64,000 nt of DNA from Chrysomallon squamiferum. Lineage: Eukaryota; Animalia; Mollusca. Shown here in pieces: positions 23,429-37,732 of the stretch. The notes beneath the pieces were generated by a model. It ran no database searches, was not told the DNA's origin, and saw only the letters and a program-made list of their open reading frames with translations. The stretch is taken from contig CM022667.1 of the NCBI GenBank assembly GCA_012295275.1, positions 18,600,001-18,664,000 of the forward strand, written 5' to 3'. The position numbers were made by a program, and so were the translations under genes. The number at the start of each line of letters is the position of its first letter. Position 1 is the stretch's first letter.

Positions 23429-24934
23429 TTATTATTATCATTATTAATTAAATTGTATTTACTTATTTACTTTATTATTATTATTATAATTATGTTTTTT
23501 ATGTATCGATATGATTGTGTAATTTTGATTTATATAACTGTCACGAGCTGCCCATTTTCCTGTCGGTTTTAAATATTTCAAGTAACTATCTCCCCTACAA
23601 AAACTTCCTACAGTTAGTATAATAAATGAAATCGGTATTTACTGATTTTTTTTTGTTATGTCTTTTTATTATTATTATTAGTAGTAGTAGTAGTAATAGT
23701 AGTAGAGAGTAATATTGTTGTAGTTGTTTAGTCGTCATTTAATTTTTTGTTTATTTGCTCTTTTTTCTTTTAGGTATGATAAAATTATATCTGACTAATT
23801 GTTTAAAAAATAAAAATATTATAAATAAAAATTAAAGAAACAGAAAAACATCATACAAGCAAACAATAAATGCATTTATTGATAATATATGTTAAATAAA
23901 TATGCAAAACATTTATAACAATACTGCAATAATACCGGTTCTTTTCACGGCTTCTATGGCATAATACTGATTGGTCTAAATATATTTATATATAAACTCT
24001 CAACTGATAAAAACAACAAAAGTGAGCAAATTATAGACCGAAAACGAAGTCCTAATCTGTAATACATAAAGGCACTTCGCTGTAACAGCAGATGAAATAT
24101 TTGTAATAAAAAGTGTAATTGATTCTCTCGTAAAACCCAGTAAGGGAAAAAATAAGTGAAATTGTGATCTTGCAACAAGAAGTCCACTGAAATTATGAGA
24201 GGTCCATAAGCAATAGTATTCTTTTAGCAAACTGTTTTCTTTAAGGATTTAATTTATTTTATTCTTTTTATTTTCTTGTACCTAGATGATAACATGAGTT
24301 TGATATTAGTAAATAAATTACACCACACAATGGCTAAATGCAAATATTTAGTTTTGTTCATTCTTGTCGTATTTTATTTTTGTGTTATGCAAAAAAACGA
24401 AGAATTATAATACTGATAATTAATACTGAACGTAAGTTTAATAATATCAACATACAGTATAAACTAGTAAAATAAACTATAAGCGTAAAAACGTAATAAT
24501 AAACGAGAAGAAAAAATACTATAAAAGTCCTTTCTACTAATCCATTTAAATAGTATTTCCATTAACCCATTTATATACTCTATCAACTAATCAGTTTAAA
24601 TATTCTTTAACAGTTTTCCAAAAATTACCAAATCAGTTTATTAACTACATAATTATAGCAACAACAAAAAAACAAAAAACAAAAAAAAAACATTACTAAA
24701 TCGAAAACAAAATCAAATTATTTCTTATATTGCCTTGAGAGGCTTAACAGTTGTCTACAACTGTCCAAATCTATTACAGTATATATATAACGAAATCAAC
24801 TATATCATACTGTTTTGAGGGAAGATAATTTTTCTGTGAAAGTAAACTGATTTTTAAAGAAAAAGTGTAATTTGGTTTTCTAAGTATATTCATGTTGCTT
24901 TTTGATTTTTTCTGTAAAACCAGTTATCTGTTCT

Positions 24935-26182
24935 TCATGGTCGCCATGCGTCCTGTGATATGTTACGACTATACTGCGGGTAGGTATCTCGATAACGGGA
25001 GCTAAAAATAAATAATTATACAGTTAGTCAGTAATTATAATTAAGAAAAAACCGACATAAATATTTTGTAGTAAATTTCCGTCATTATTTTCTATTATTA
25101 TTTGTTTTTATTATTATTATTTACTTTGATTCTCAAGCTTTTTCATTTCTGTATTTGTTGATACTGTTTGTTGTTTGTTTTTTCTGGGGGTGGTGATGTT
25201 GTTTGTTTGCTTTTGTTTGATTTGATTTGATTTTCTTTTTAGTTAGCTTGTTTCATTGTTGTTGTGTGGGGCTTTTTTGGGGAGGTGTATGGATGTAATT
25301 GCAGGATAGGTGAAGAACAAGTGTCAGAGATTTCGAAACTCTTATCATTTTTATATTTAAAAGAAAAAATTAATTTCTTTCTAATAAGGCTGGTATCATC
25401 AATAAAAATAAAACGATTGAAACAATTATACTGTAATAATAATAATAATATATGTCTTTATAATTTTTGAAAATAATCCAGACTAGAAACTCTTAAATAT
25501 TTCTTATATAAAAAAATAAAAATAAAAAATAAAAATACTGAGTAATTATTTCTACAAATAACAAAGTCTGGAACTAATGGACTGGTTACAGATATTTTAA
25601 TATACTATAAACTAGCAGATATATATATTTTTTATATGCTGTATAGTTTACTTACAAAATGTTGACAGGTACAGGTCGTTGACCATATTGATCTAACATG
25701 GGTTCAGATTTCAGTGTTTTCTAAAAGAAAAATTATAATAATAATAAAATTATATATATATATATAAAATACGTCGATGACATACCTATATTACACAAAT
25801 AAATCAATGTATGTCAAACGGATTACAGAGAAAAACTCACTCTCCAGGAGGCTGTGATATCTGGACGAACATATCGAATAGCGTACCCCTTAAAATGAAA
25901 ATCTGAAATAGATGAAATAAAAAGAATACATCAATTTAATCGTAATCATATTGAATGTACAGGATATATTTTTAACAGACGCATCGTTTCCCTAATCAAG
26001 TCTGTTACCAACAAAAATAATAATACACAATGCACCCAGTAAATTATTTATAGTCAATAATGTAGAAAAAGAATAAATTGAAGTGTTGGACATATACACA
26101 TCTGTTATTATAAAATACTGAGATACCTTGACACCAATTTAATTTTCAAAACTTAAGACATATCCTATAATTTGATTAAATC

Positions 26183-26218
<36 letters not shown>

Positions 26219-28442
26219 TGAAAAAATACTTAAATGATGGATTTAATTATGTTTGAATAGGTATGGCCTAAATCCATTTTCCGTATCACTCATGTATTTT
26301 ATTAATCTTACCATTAATTTTACAATTATATAATATTTTTACACAAATAAATTACAAGAACATTAACACTTCCCCTTCGAAACTATAAAAAGATCCATTT
26401 TATAACACAATAATAAATTTATTGGAAACATTTCAACACATAAACGACAAACTAAAACAAAATAATTTCTAAAATTTGTAATTATTTATTTATTTACTTT
26501 TTTAAATTTCTAAAAAAAAAACAACACTTTTCAGTTCAACATGACATGGAGATCGGTTTAGTTTTGCTTAAAAGTAATTTATGTATGAAAATGACATTGT
26601 TACACTTTGATACACATCCGAAACTAAACGCTCACAAACATAAAACAACAGCAACAATAAAAAAATATAACTTATTTACCTTTGGGATCAGGAATTTCTG
26701 GCAAGCTGATATCAAACCTTTCAGGACACCTGTTTAGAAATTCGTTCCATTTTATTCTGGAACGCCTATCATTTAATAAAATAAAATAAATAAAATAATA
26801 ATAATAATAATAATAATATATAAAGAAAATTAATGAAAAATTAAAAATATTTTGGCAAAAAATAAAAAATAATAAAAAAACAAAATAAAGTAAATAAAAG
26901 AAATTCACCGTTAAATATTTTTGTTCTTTACATAATATTTTATTATTATTATCATTACTATTATTATCAACATCATCGTAGAAAGAAAATAAAAATAATT
27001 AAATATAAATTAAATTAAATTAAACTTATATACCTTACCGAGATCTGAAACCCAGATCGTTAAAAACCAACATCTAGAACCCAACATAATCGTTTATTTT
27101 GTACAATATGTTACATTTATGTTAGGTTAAAAACGAAATGGATTTTGTTCGCATGCCTGATTCAGTTCATGAAAAATAATAATTAATTATGTTTGCAGAG
27201 GTTGAACTAATTATGTATATAATTCAATTTTACTTACTTTAGAGCTTCTGGAATGGAATATTCACGATGAAGATTTCGCCCTGTTTGTGTTAAATCCTGA
27301 AAAATAATAACGAATATAAATAATTGATTCCATCCTTTTAATAAAAATGAAATAATTTAATAATAAAGTGAAAATCAAAGCAAAAATTTCTGTAAATTTT
27401 ATCTTTCAATATTTTAACCGTTATGCTATAAATTTTTGCTGTTGCTGTTTTTTAACTTCTTCTTCTTAATATTTTTATTGTTATTATTGTTGTCATGCTG
27501 TTTTTGTTTTGTTGTTGTTGTTATTATTACTATTGAATGCTGTACCAGACAGGCCAGTTTGTGTCTTGGTGGTTCGAACAACGTAGTAGTGGATCGCTTG
27601 AAATCCTCTGCAAAAACAAAATGCAAATTTTCCAGTTATATATGTTACCAAGACTATGGGATTTTGTGCAAATCCTGAAATGTTTAGTAATACGTGTAAT
27701 ATTCATTCAGAAATTAGAATACTGATATATTCATCATTCATTCATTATTAATTCTATTTAGAAACTAATTTCTTTGTTCTTTTAAATAAAGTCTAAATAA
27801 CAATTATGATTACAGACATTAATCAGCTTAAAGTGAATGAACATTACATTAGCACAAGATTAGTAAAATTTCATAGCAACTAATAAAAACTACTCGTTTC
27901 AAACCTTTAGCAAGCTTTATATGATGGTATCTAGTTTTTTGTGTGTGTGTGTGGTGTTTTTTTTTATAGACATCATTGCCTGTTTTACTGATGTCAGTGT
28001 TTATTAATATTGCATTTTATATACAAATTATAGTTGCTATTAAAATAAAAATAATAGTTGCTATTGCATAAAAATAAAAGTATAATGTTATTAAGCTTAC
28101 AAAACAAAGTTATTCAGTTAAATTTGTAACATTATATATACAAATTACATGGAGAGAGGGCAGCTCGTTTAACTGTATTTGCAAATATATATATATATTA
28201 ATTATAAGTTGTGTCATACCTGGTCCGCATGTGGTTACCGTCCTGGAATGTTCATCGGAAAGTTTGTGATTTATCGTGTCCATATCCATCCGTCTTAAGG
28301 TGGGAAGACATGGGTGGAATAGATCATGTTTCACTGCTGCTATTTGCACTTGCCTGAACGTTGGATACTTGTAAGTATAGCTGGGAATCTTTTGGGGATA
28401 GATTTTCTCTTCATTTTTGACTTCAACTCCTACCGTCGTCAT
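24935..28442 (-). CDS. TEPP: TEPP / sperm (ciliary) microtubule inner protein 8 homolog, complete, 7 exons
   Basis: Exons 28442-28220, 27607-27546, 27296-27238, 26765-26680, 25902-25841, 25720-25656, 25001-24935 splice in frame. QIAAVKHDLFHPCLPTLRRMDMDT..LSDEHSRTVTTC, GYAIRYVRPDITASWR and LDQYGQRPVP match TEPP/SPMIP8 ([50 protein letters not shown]). Confidence 0.88.
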
Positions 28443-28589
28443 TGTTACTGACTTCCAGGCTTGAAGAAAAATTTTAGTGGGAAAAAAACAATATATTTTA
28501 ATCTGTGAAACTTGCTAGGATTTTTTTCTCTCAAACAACACTTTAAAAGAAAAAACTTTCCTTGCTATTATCGCACAGCCTTCTATATA

Positions 28590-28770
28590 GACACTTTGTA
28601 AACATACCCTATTACTGTTTCATGACAACAATACACACACTCCGTTAAAGTACCGGATTTCAGCTGTTCCTTCTCGTTGTCCTTAACAACAAACAACAAT
28701 TTCGTCACGTCCTGTTACGTTACACGATCAGTCACTGGTGGTCGTTTATTCATAATTAGCAACGTCATAT
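28590..28770 (-). promoter_or_regulatory. Putative ciliary-gene promoter of TEPP (RFX X-box-like and forkhead sites)
   Basis: GTAAACA at 28598-28604, X-box-like GTTTCATGACAAC at 28617-28629, GTTGTCCTTAACAAC near 28676-28690, TAGCAAC half-site near 28757. Local CpG enrichment. Confidence 0.45.
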
Positions 28771-31110
28771 AAAGCTTATCAGTGAGATTAGTTTTAATAC
28801 AGGAAAGCTTCTATTTATTTATGAAGAGGGTATTAACGTAATAATAACTATACTGATTAATTAATCACATACAGACAAAGGTATAACTATTATTTGTCAG
28901 CGGGTAAATATTTATGCCATTTACTTCAAATTCAGTATTTTTAAAGCTCAAAGGTTTTTAAACTTGATTTAAAATAAATGTAAACACACACACACACACA
29001 CACATCTGTGCTAATCCACCATTGTCAAATGAACGAAACCAATATGCAAACATAAATTACTAATCAACGGCAGATCTACACGTTTGAGAGGGCCTCAGGT
29101 TCTTAACTGGTAAATAAAACGTTCACAATGTTACATTATACAGTGCACGGAATCAACAATTAACTTGATAAAGTTATTAATGTTAAATACCTCTTTGTCC
29201 TAATTAATTTTAATTGCAAAAGAATGGCACTTTTTAAAAACTACATGTGTTTCAGTAAGTCCAGAGAGGAAGGTTAGAGAAAAGAGAATGTGAGAGATCA
29301 GAAAGGTGGGAGGAAATGAATGTAAAAGAGAGTTAGGGAGAGACAGACAGCCAGACAGCTGGCAGGCACTCAATAATGTACATGGAGGTTACAAAGAGAA
29401 AAAACATTTCCTTTCGTCTTAGTTTCCAGTTTACGTCCAATGTTTATTCAAGTAATCAGACAGGTTTGTAAAGTTTCATTGTAAGAAAAGACTGTGTAAT
29501 AGTCAGTATAACAAATTATGTTCTAAATTCTGACATTATGTTCTTGCTTTTTGTTTTTGTCATTTCAAAGCAGTATAATTTCATTTTTGTGGTTTTATCA
29601 ATGGAGGCAAATCCCTGGATCATAGCCTGAATTATTTTCTGTTTTCTTCAGTTAAACTGTTTGTTCTGTGTACATCTCAGGTGAAAGTGTACACACATAC
29701 AACTATATTTATTTGTCTGGAAAACATCTGAATGATGGATATGTTTCATAATGCATTTTACCATCTCTGAAAAGCTGAAGCAGTGCTTTTCAAAACTAAA
29801 TTAAGATCTTTTTTTAATGATTCTAGTAAGGTGTAAGTATTTTATGCATGCATACATACATACATATTGGCAGTACAACCTTTAAAGTGTGGTTAATTTG
29901 TATACGTTTTCTTATTTTTTAGTTTCCTTCTTGGTAACAGTTTATAAATTTATCAAAGGCTGGAATGCACTTTAATCTTTATGGAAAAGTTCATATAAAA
30001 AAATCCTTTGCTGCTAATTGATAAGGAATCTACATAAAACAGCAATATATTAATTTTATATTTAAAAATCATATAATTTCTTTAACAGTGGTATTTACTA
30101 GTTAGCTGGTTCCTTCAGTGGTTTTTTGTTTCCTCCATCCAGGATTTGTTATAGTTTTCTTCTTTTTATTTTTAAATATGTAATTTTTTTTTTAATGCTT
30201 TTCACACCACAAATTTGTATTTCAGTAATTTTATTACTGTAACTAAACATTTTAAGTTTCTGATATGATATATCACAAAATATAAATAAAAAAATAAAAA
30301 TAAAAAAAATCATTATTTAATATTTCAAGTAGACTATAAAAACAGTAAGGACTAATGTACATTTTGGTAAATACAAATATTATTCATATATTATTAAAAC
30401 AAAATTTTTACAATATCTGTAATAAATTTTATACATTTTTAACAGATGTGGTATTTAATACTCTAACTGAATGAAATATTGTTATTTATTTACAGAATTA
30501 CTGAAAACTATGTTAATGTTCTATTCATTATTGATAAAAGCAATATGAATCCATCGACTATTAGTACTATTGTTTTACAAATACTGACGCAAAAAATTAA
30601 TTATTTTACACTCAGATAAATCAACTGCATTTGAATTGCACAATACATAATTTCATTAAAGTAATTAAACAGTATTCTTTGTGAAATAACACCAGAACAC
30701 AATAAAGTTCATATTACAGAAAATTTTGAAATCTTTACTGTCAAAATTTAATTAACATAATTATTAATTTCTGGAGCATCGATGCATCATGAGCCAAACA
30801 GATTCATCGCATATATTGTAAAATTTCAAATTCAGAATCTATATGTGAAGCCAATATGCTTCATCAGTGTCAATAAATTCTCAGTGCTGGTGTTAATACT
30901 CATGAAATAAGCAAACAATTGAATGGGCTCTTGTCTATAATGACCATTTCCTTAGTCTTAGCAGTAACAAGTATGCTAACAAATATGAGAGAAAAAAAGA
31001 AGATAAAAGTCAATATCCATTCATTAATGAACTACTACAGTATGGGGTGCAACTAATAATGAATATTCATTCCTGAGATTGCATAAACGATCAGAGAGAA
31101 TAGGAGAATG

Positions 31111-34100
31111 TCACTCTGCAGCAGCTGAACCAAGTGCCTGCTGTATCTGCAGTATTTCACCAGAATCTGTTGTAACTGTGGCAACCTGTATACCATCTCC
31201 TAAGGCAGAAATATCACCTTGCTGAATTTGCTGTAAAAAGTAATTTAATTAAGATAAATGTTTCATTATTTAACATTAAGAAAACATCTCCAAAATCCTG
31301 TCTTTCTAAGTTTTTAGTGGATTTATTATTAAAACATTTGATCATATGGAAACAGTTTATTAAGAAATAAGAATGACCTTGAAACTAATTCCTTTCATAC
31401 TTTTTTACTTTAAATTTTCTAACAATGATATATTTTATATACAGAGTTTTCACATATTACCTGACATGTATAAAAGATAAATCAATCATAAATAATGGAA
31501 AAATATTAAAAAAAACTAAAATAATAAATGTACAACTGAAATTAGATGAAGTTGGAGAAACAAATACTTGTTTTAATTTTATAGAAATAAATATAGCAAT
31601 TAATGCAGTAGAAATATATTTCATTTAAAAATATTGTGATAACTGAGATCTTACCCCTATAACCTGATCTCCTTGCAGTATCTGTATGTGGTGAGCCTGT
31701 TGCAGCTGTGAGATCTGTTCAGGAGTTGCATGAAGGATCTGTATCTCTCCCTGTTGAATTGTTTCCCCTTGCATAGATATTGACTGATGTATATCACAGT
31801 CACTCTGGTGAGAAAGATCATTCATTTAAAACAATATGTATTATCTGTATTGTTTAAATGTTAGAAGACATTGTATTTTTAACTGTATCATATTTAAAAA
31901 AGAAAAACAAATGCTATAAAACATCATCAATAATAATATAAAAATTACCATTAATAATAAAAAATTTAAGAAAACCTTGAAATATTTTTCAAATTAATTT
32001 CCTACTGAACTTTAACAGACAGTATGCAGAGAGAGCAAGGGAACAAAATTGTGACATGTAAGTAGTAACAATCAAGTTATTGTAATGATTTAATTACCTA
32101 GATTCAGTAAATACTAATTATTTATTTGAATTTTACTTGAGTAAAATCATTTACGAGAAACAGGATACAATACAACAGTTTTTTATTCATAACTGTAACA
32201 TAATTATGCAGAAAATATCCAAGTCAAACCTGATTTATGTGCAATTCAGAATCATCATGATTCATAGAATCTTCGTCACTCTGACAGTCAACAGATAAAC
32301 CTGCATTGATACTTTTCTCATGTGCTTTTCCACGAAACGCTTTAACAGTCAGTGGCATTCCTTTTTGCTTTCTTCGAAAAGCAGTGCGACATTTTGAATC
32401 TATATTTTGTTTAATTCTATGCCAATCATTCTCAGTTATTCCAAATCTCTGAATTAGATGGCCTTTAAAAGAAGAATAATAAATGGCATTTTGCAGTTTA
32501 TAAACTGTTACTAAGAAGGAAAATAAAAAATTAGGAAACATATGCAAATTGACCACGCTTTAAAGGTTAGACTGCCAATATGTTTGTATGTATGCATAAA
32601 ATACTTACACCTTATTCCATATATCATTAAAGGATCAAGCTGCTTTTTCCCATGTTTGCCCATTCCAGATAAATTTGAACAGGCCTGTGTTTCTCTGTCA
32701 AACAAGTAATCAAGCATTGTTAATGCCATTTTTTCTGGAGTACGACAGTTGGAATGTATATGAAGAAGATCACTATAAAAAAAAATAAGATAAAAAAAAA
32801 AATGAAGATTTAGTATGTTAATAAAATCTGATAAAAATATAAGAAATATGATAAAAATTGAAAGAAACAAAATAAGCTGAAGCAAGAACAACAGAATACA
32901 TTTAATGACCATATCTATATAATGATCAGAGTCAAACAAAACTGTATTAGAGAAAAGAATTTAAAATGTATTGATTTTAACAAAGTAATTTTTTTTTTAC
33001 ATCCTTCTAACAGAAACAGATTTGGATCTTCTTTATTGAAATGAAGTGTCAGATAGACAATTGCAGATGGTACCCTTAACTGCAAATGGACTTTTCATTT
33101 CTTACCTTGGAAGGATTGGGGCCCTAACTCTCATCTCAGGATTATTTTCATCACCCAGCCAAGTTCCAGAAGGATAATCATCTAAACAAGGAAAAAACAA
33201 TTTTCTCAAAACACTAGCAGATATAAAAGTAAAATAAAAATACTCTGATACTGTAATCTTTATAAAGTAACTAATTTATAATGAGAAGTACTAACCTTCT
33301 GTATTGAGAGTTATTAAGGTTACATTTGGTCCCAAACTTTGAACATTTCCATCCACAGAATTCAAAGACTGTTCTGCTTCTGATGCTGCAAAAAATTTAT
33401 ATAAAAAAAAAAACCTAACACTTATGACAAAAATTTTACTGGTAAAAGTTTATTCCTTCTAGGTTATCCATATTATATATTTTAATAAGCAAGAATTCTA
33501 ATTCTAGTTTATCTTCTAATTAATATTATCATTATTATTTTAAGTATACATATGAATAAAGTTTGATATTTTTTCTTTTCCTTTCATGTTTTTCAATATT
33601 CTACTGTCTACAGTATTAAAATGTTTTATTTAAATGACAAAAATATTTGGTACCATTTTTTTAACCAATGGGTGAAATTGTTTATTACAATTTACCTAAC
33701 TGATTGGCCTGCTCAGCTGTTAGATCACTGCCTACAAAAAATAAATATATGAATAATGTTATCTTATGTGTGGTTTTTTCTTCCTTCAAAGAAATACTTA
33801 CCTTTATTTTTCATTTGGCTGTCATATCAATCTTTGTTATTATTAGTTTCTAACCATTAGAAAATATTTACCAAAATCTAAAATACTTATTTATAAAAAA
33901 ATTAATGAGATACTAAAATTACATACCAGAGTCTATCCTAGTTCCATTCTGTGGCAATCCAATAATCACAGCTCTACAGAAAAAGAACAAAAAAACAACA
34001 ACAGCATCATCAATATTAACTAATAAGCTATTTATTTTTAAATCAGCCATGTTGTTTGTTTTTTTAAATTTAATTTAAATTTTCTAAATTGAATATATTA

Positions 34101-35708
34101 AAATCAAAAAAAAAAAATCTGTCAGTGTAACTGGCTTACAAATTTTTTATTTGTATAAGATTAGCTTTTTTTTTTTAATATTTAAAAAGTAAAAACTTAC
34201 CTATTCACAGTAACTTGATATTACTGAGTATTTTTTTAACAGATATAATAACACCTATGACTAACTAATTCTATACATATTATTATTTGTGCGTACCAAT
34301 CAACCACAATGTATAACCCGTTACAAACTTTTAAAACAAAAATTAAACATAATAATAAAATTTAAGTACATAAATTAGCTTGTTATTTGGCTTCAAACTG
34401 AACATAGCCAGTTATAAATATCTGTGATTACATGATAGGAGGTATCTGAACAGCCGATAAGCCTGAAGAATTTATCAACAAAGTGCTGCTCAAACTTAGT
34501 AAAAGGCATCTGGTATTTCAGAGAAGTTAATATATCAAGAGTAAACTATACTGAAACAATAGTATTCTTCAACATACCCTCTCCTACTGTTTGGCGGTTG
34601 ATGGACAACAGAACCTGGATGATGTCTTGACATCACTAGTAATTGCTCCACTTTCTCTTCCACAAGCTTGGTTCGGCTCTGAATGTGATTCAGGCGGTGT
34701 TCAATTCCATCCAGACGTAAACATATTGCTTTGTTGATATTGAACAGTATTTGCTGCATGGTGGGAAAAATTAAAATTAAAATGTACACACATATAAACA
34801 CACATGAATAAATCAGATTTTTAAATTAATTTGTTCCTAATAATAATCTGTATACCTACTCAGATAAGTGTAGTTTCAAAATATATAAATACATAAAAAA
34901 AAAAATTAAATATTTAAAGGACATTTTAATGGGTTTCTTCCAGGTGTATATTTAATTTAATATCCGAATTCAGCAGATTAATTTGAACACCAAAGACTGT
35001 CTTTACCATACCTTAATTGACTGATCCATTGATACTTCATCCATATCCAACTTTCTTTTTTTATGTACTGGGTCTCCAATGTCTGACAAATAAAAGTAAT
35101 TTTCAGGTCTTCAGTTGAAACATTTTACAGGATAGCTAACGTCTGATAATGGCTTTTGGAAATATTTGACTAGTAGTTTCCAGAATCAAAACACAGACAC
35201 GTATGTAAAATATTAATTCTTTGACCATTTACTTGCAGCAATATACTTTAATTTCTCTTTATGATTTCATATGTGGCAAAACTACTGCATGCATACATGA
35301 ATAAAAAAAGTAATACTAATTATATTGGTTTTATTAGTGTCATTTATTGGCCATTCAAATGAAGCTAACATGTGCAATATAGTGATTAGTTTTTTTTTTC
35401 TACAGGCAGAAAGCAATTAAGAAGCAACAAAATGTGTAGTTATGTGCTATGTTGTTTTTTGTTTTAATGTTATATCTATTGTTTTTGTTTTCTTCAAACT
35501 GACCCTTATGGTCTTCTTTTGCTTGAATATATTTTGTGACTTCTGAATATAATTCATTTGAGATACTTTTTTCAATCAGCATTACTGTACCATTCATAGA
35601 ATCCTCATCCATTGAATTAGAATCATCAAAGGATGTTACAACAGATGATGACTCCACTGCAATAATCCTAGGGGGTACTGATAAATCATCACAGTCCACA
35701 GTAGCCAT
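31111..35708 (-). CDS. BANP: BANP/SMAR1 BEN-domain transcription factor, complete
   Basis: Exons 35708-35504 (or alternative donor at 35591), 35082-35012, 34753-34578, 33973-33927, 33731-33696, 33385-33296, 33181-33106, 32772-32609, 32462-32230, 31804-31655, 31230-31111. Motifs INKAICLRLDGIE, DYPSGTWLGDENNPEMRVR, NCRTPEKMALTMLDYLF, KQLDPLMIYGIRCHL and WHRIKQNIDSKCRTAFRRKQ are near-identical to BANP. Confidence 0.96.
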
Positions 35709-35892
35709 ATTTCTAAATAATGAGACAAAGAATTTGATTTAGATTACAAATGGCAGACGAAATTTATCAAAACAATTATTGAATGTCAGCATATTAATTT
35801 TTTGTTCCTCATGAACAAAATTATTTCATTCTATTACTTTATAACATTAGAAGATAGTTAATAAAATATAAACTGTAAAATGATAGCTTTAA

Positions 35893-35937
<45 letters not shown>

Positions 35938-36099
35938 ACATTTATACCTTACTAATTGATAAAATGGCGATTTAATTTATTGACGCATGTAACAATTTGT
36001 TTTGGAAAGCAGATGTTCTATATCTTTAATATAAGTAGTTGTAATGTGTAGTATCTAATATTAAAGCTGTAACTGGAAAAATAGTATTATTTACATTTT

Positions 36100-36420
36100 C
36101 GTTATTTTACGTAGCAGACGATCTTTTGGTTCTGGGAACCAATCATTCTCGATTCGAGAAGAAAAACAGTGTCAGATTTCCATGACAAGGCACAATGTCC
36201 TACTTTCTAACTGTAAAATACATTATTTTGTTTTCCAAGTATGATCATAAGTAATGTTAATTAATATAACTGGATCAAAACCTGTTCTTGCCAATACTTC
36301 CTGCTTATTTACCCCAAATCTCAAACTTTTCTCGAAAATCTCGTTAGTATCTCGCACAGGTATAAATGGCGTCGAGATCGGGAATTTGCGAGAAAGAACG
36401 ATACTGCGCATGTTCTATAA
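36100..36420. promoter_or_regulatory. CpG-rich promoter region upstream of BANP (head-to-head with POGLUT2)
   Basis: CpG cluster in a CpG-poor background. YY1-like AAATGGCG at 36364, NRF1-like ACTGCGCATG at 36403, several TCTCG/CGAGA half-sites. A 5'UTR exon donor lies near 35947 and an acceptor just upstream of the ATG. Confidence 0.6.
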
Positions 36421-37674
36421 TTACATTTGTTAGTATTCCTCCCTCAACAGTTCTTCAATAAATAAAATATAAGCTACACTATCCATAATTTATGGTTTAA
36501 AACAGTAACAATGTAACATAGAGGATTATTTATTATCTGTTACAATTATCAAATAATAATAATAATAATAATAATAATTATTATTATGTAAACCTGACAA
36601 ATTATGTAAACGCTGGAGGAGGGTGTTTAGCAGGCACAGCCTATTCTTTTAGAAGAATTTTAGTTCGTGTTCGAGAAAGCAAAGATGTTTTAAATACATC
36701 AAATACAAATATTTTTCAAGTATTTACATCAAGATTTTGTTTTATATATTTATATGGATATTTATTATATTACAGTTTCTTTTTCATTTTTCATTTATTA
36801 TTCGAGCATATTTATTCATTTTCTTTCTTTCTTTTTTCTTTTCTTCTTCTTTTTTTTTTTTTTTTTTTTACTTTTTGAAAATTATGATGAAGATTATAGC
36901 TATCATTCAAAAATATGAATTTAAATAAAAAATTAAATGACCAAATGACGTTTTAATAAATACTCGGAGCCCCAGATATTTCAGTTTTATGTAATTATTT
37001 ACTTATTACAAAATGTTCTGACAGAGGACGAATATAGAAACGGAACAAAAATTAATTTTGTAAACTGATATTTTTTATTATATAAAACGCGAATGGTAGT
37101 GTGTGTGTGTGTGTGTTTGTGCGTGACCGGGTAGATAATGCATCCACACACCAAAACTGCTCAAGTTCGATATTGATTATATTTTTAATTCCTCTTGATA
37201 ATTGTATATTATAGCCTATTACAGATACTGTAAATGCCTTTCTTTATTGCCAGATGTTCTCTCTTCTCTCTCGAATAATCTTATACTATAAGTTATAGCC
37301 CACCCCTCAAAAATACTGCAGACCATTATACTTATAGTACTCTGTTCTTTAAAATAGCCGTCGTGACAGTGTTTACAATATATTAATGTCCAAGAACCTT
37401 AAGTCTAAACGAGAAATAAAGCTCAGATGTCTTAATGGTGTTTATGTAACTTTAGTGAAACTGCAGACACACACACCACACACATATTTCTGCTGAATAA
37501 TAATAAAAAATAGTTCCATTTTTCTTTTCTTTCCTTTCTTTATGTTCTCTTCAATTAAAATAAAATATCTGTGATATGGTAATAAAAATTAATAGTATCA
37601 AAAATTATATAGTTAGCCATTGGGCCAATACACACTGTATGCCAATTTAAAAAATAAATATGACAATTAGCACC

Positions 37675-37732
<58 letters not shown>

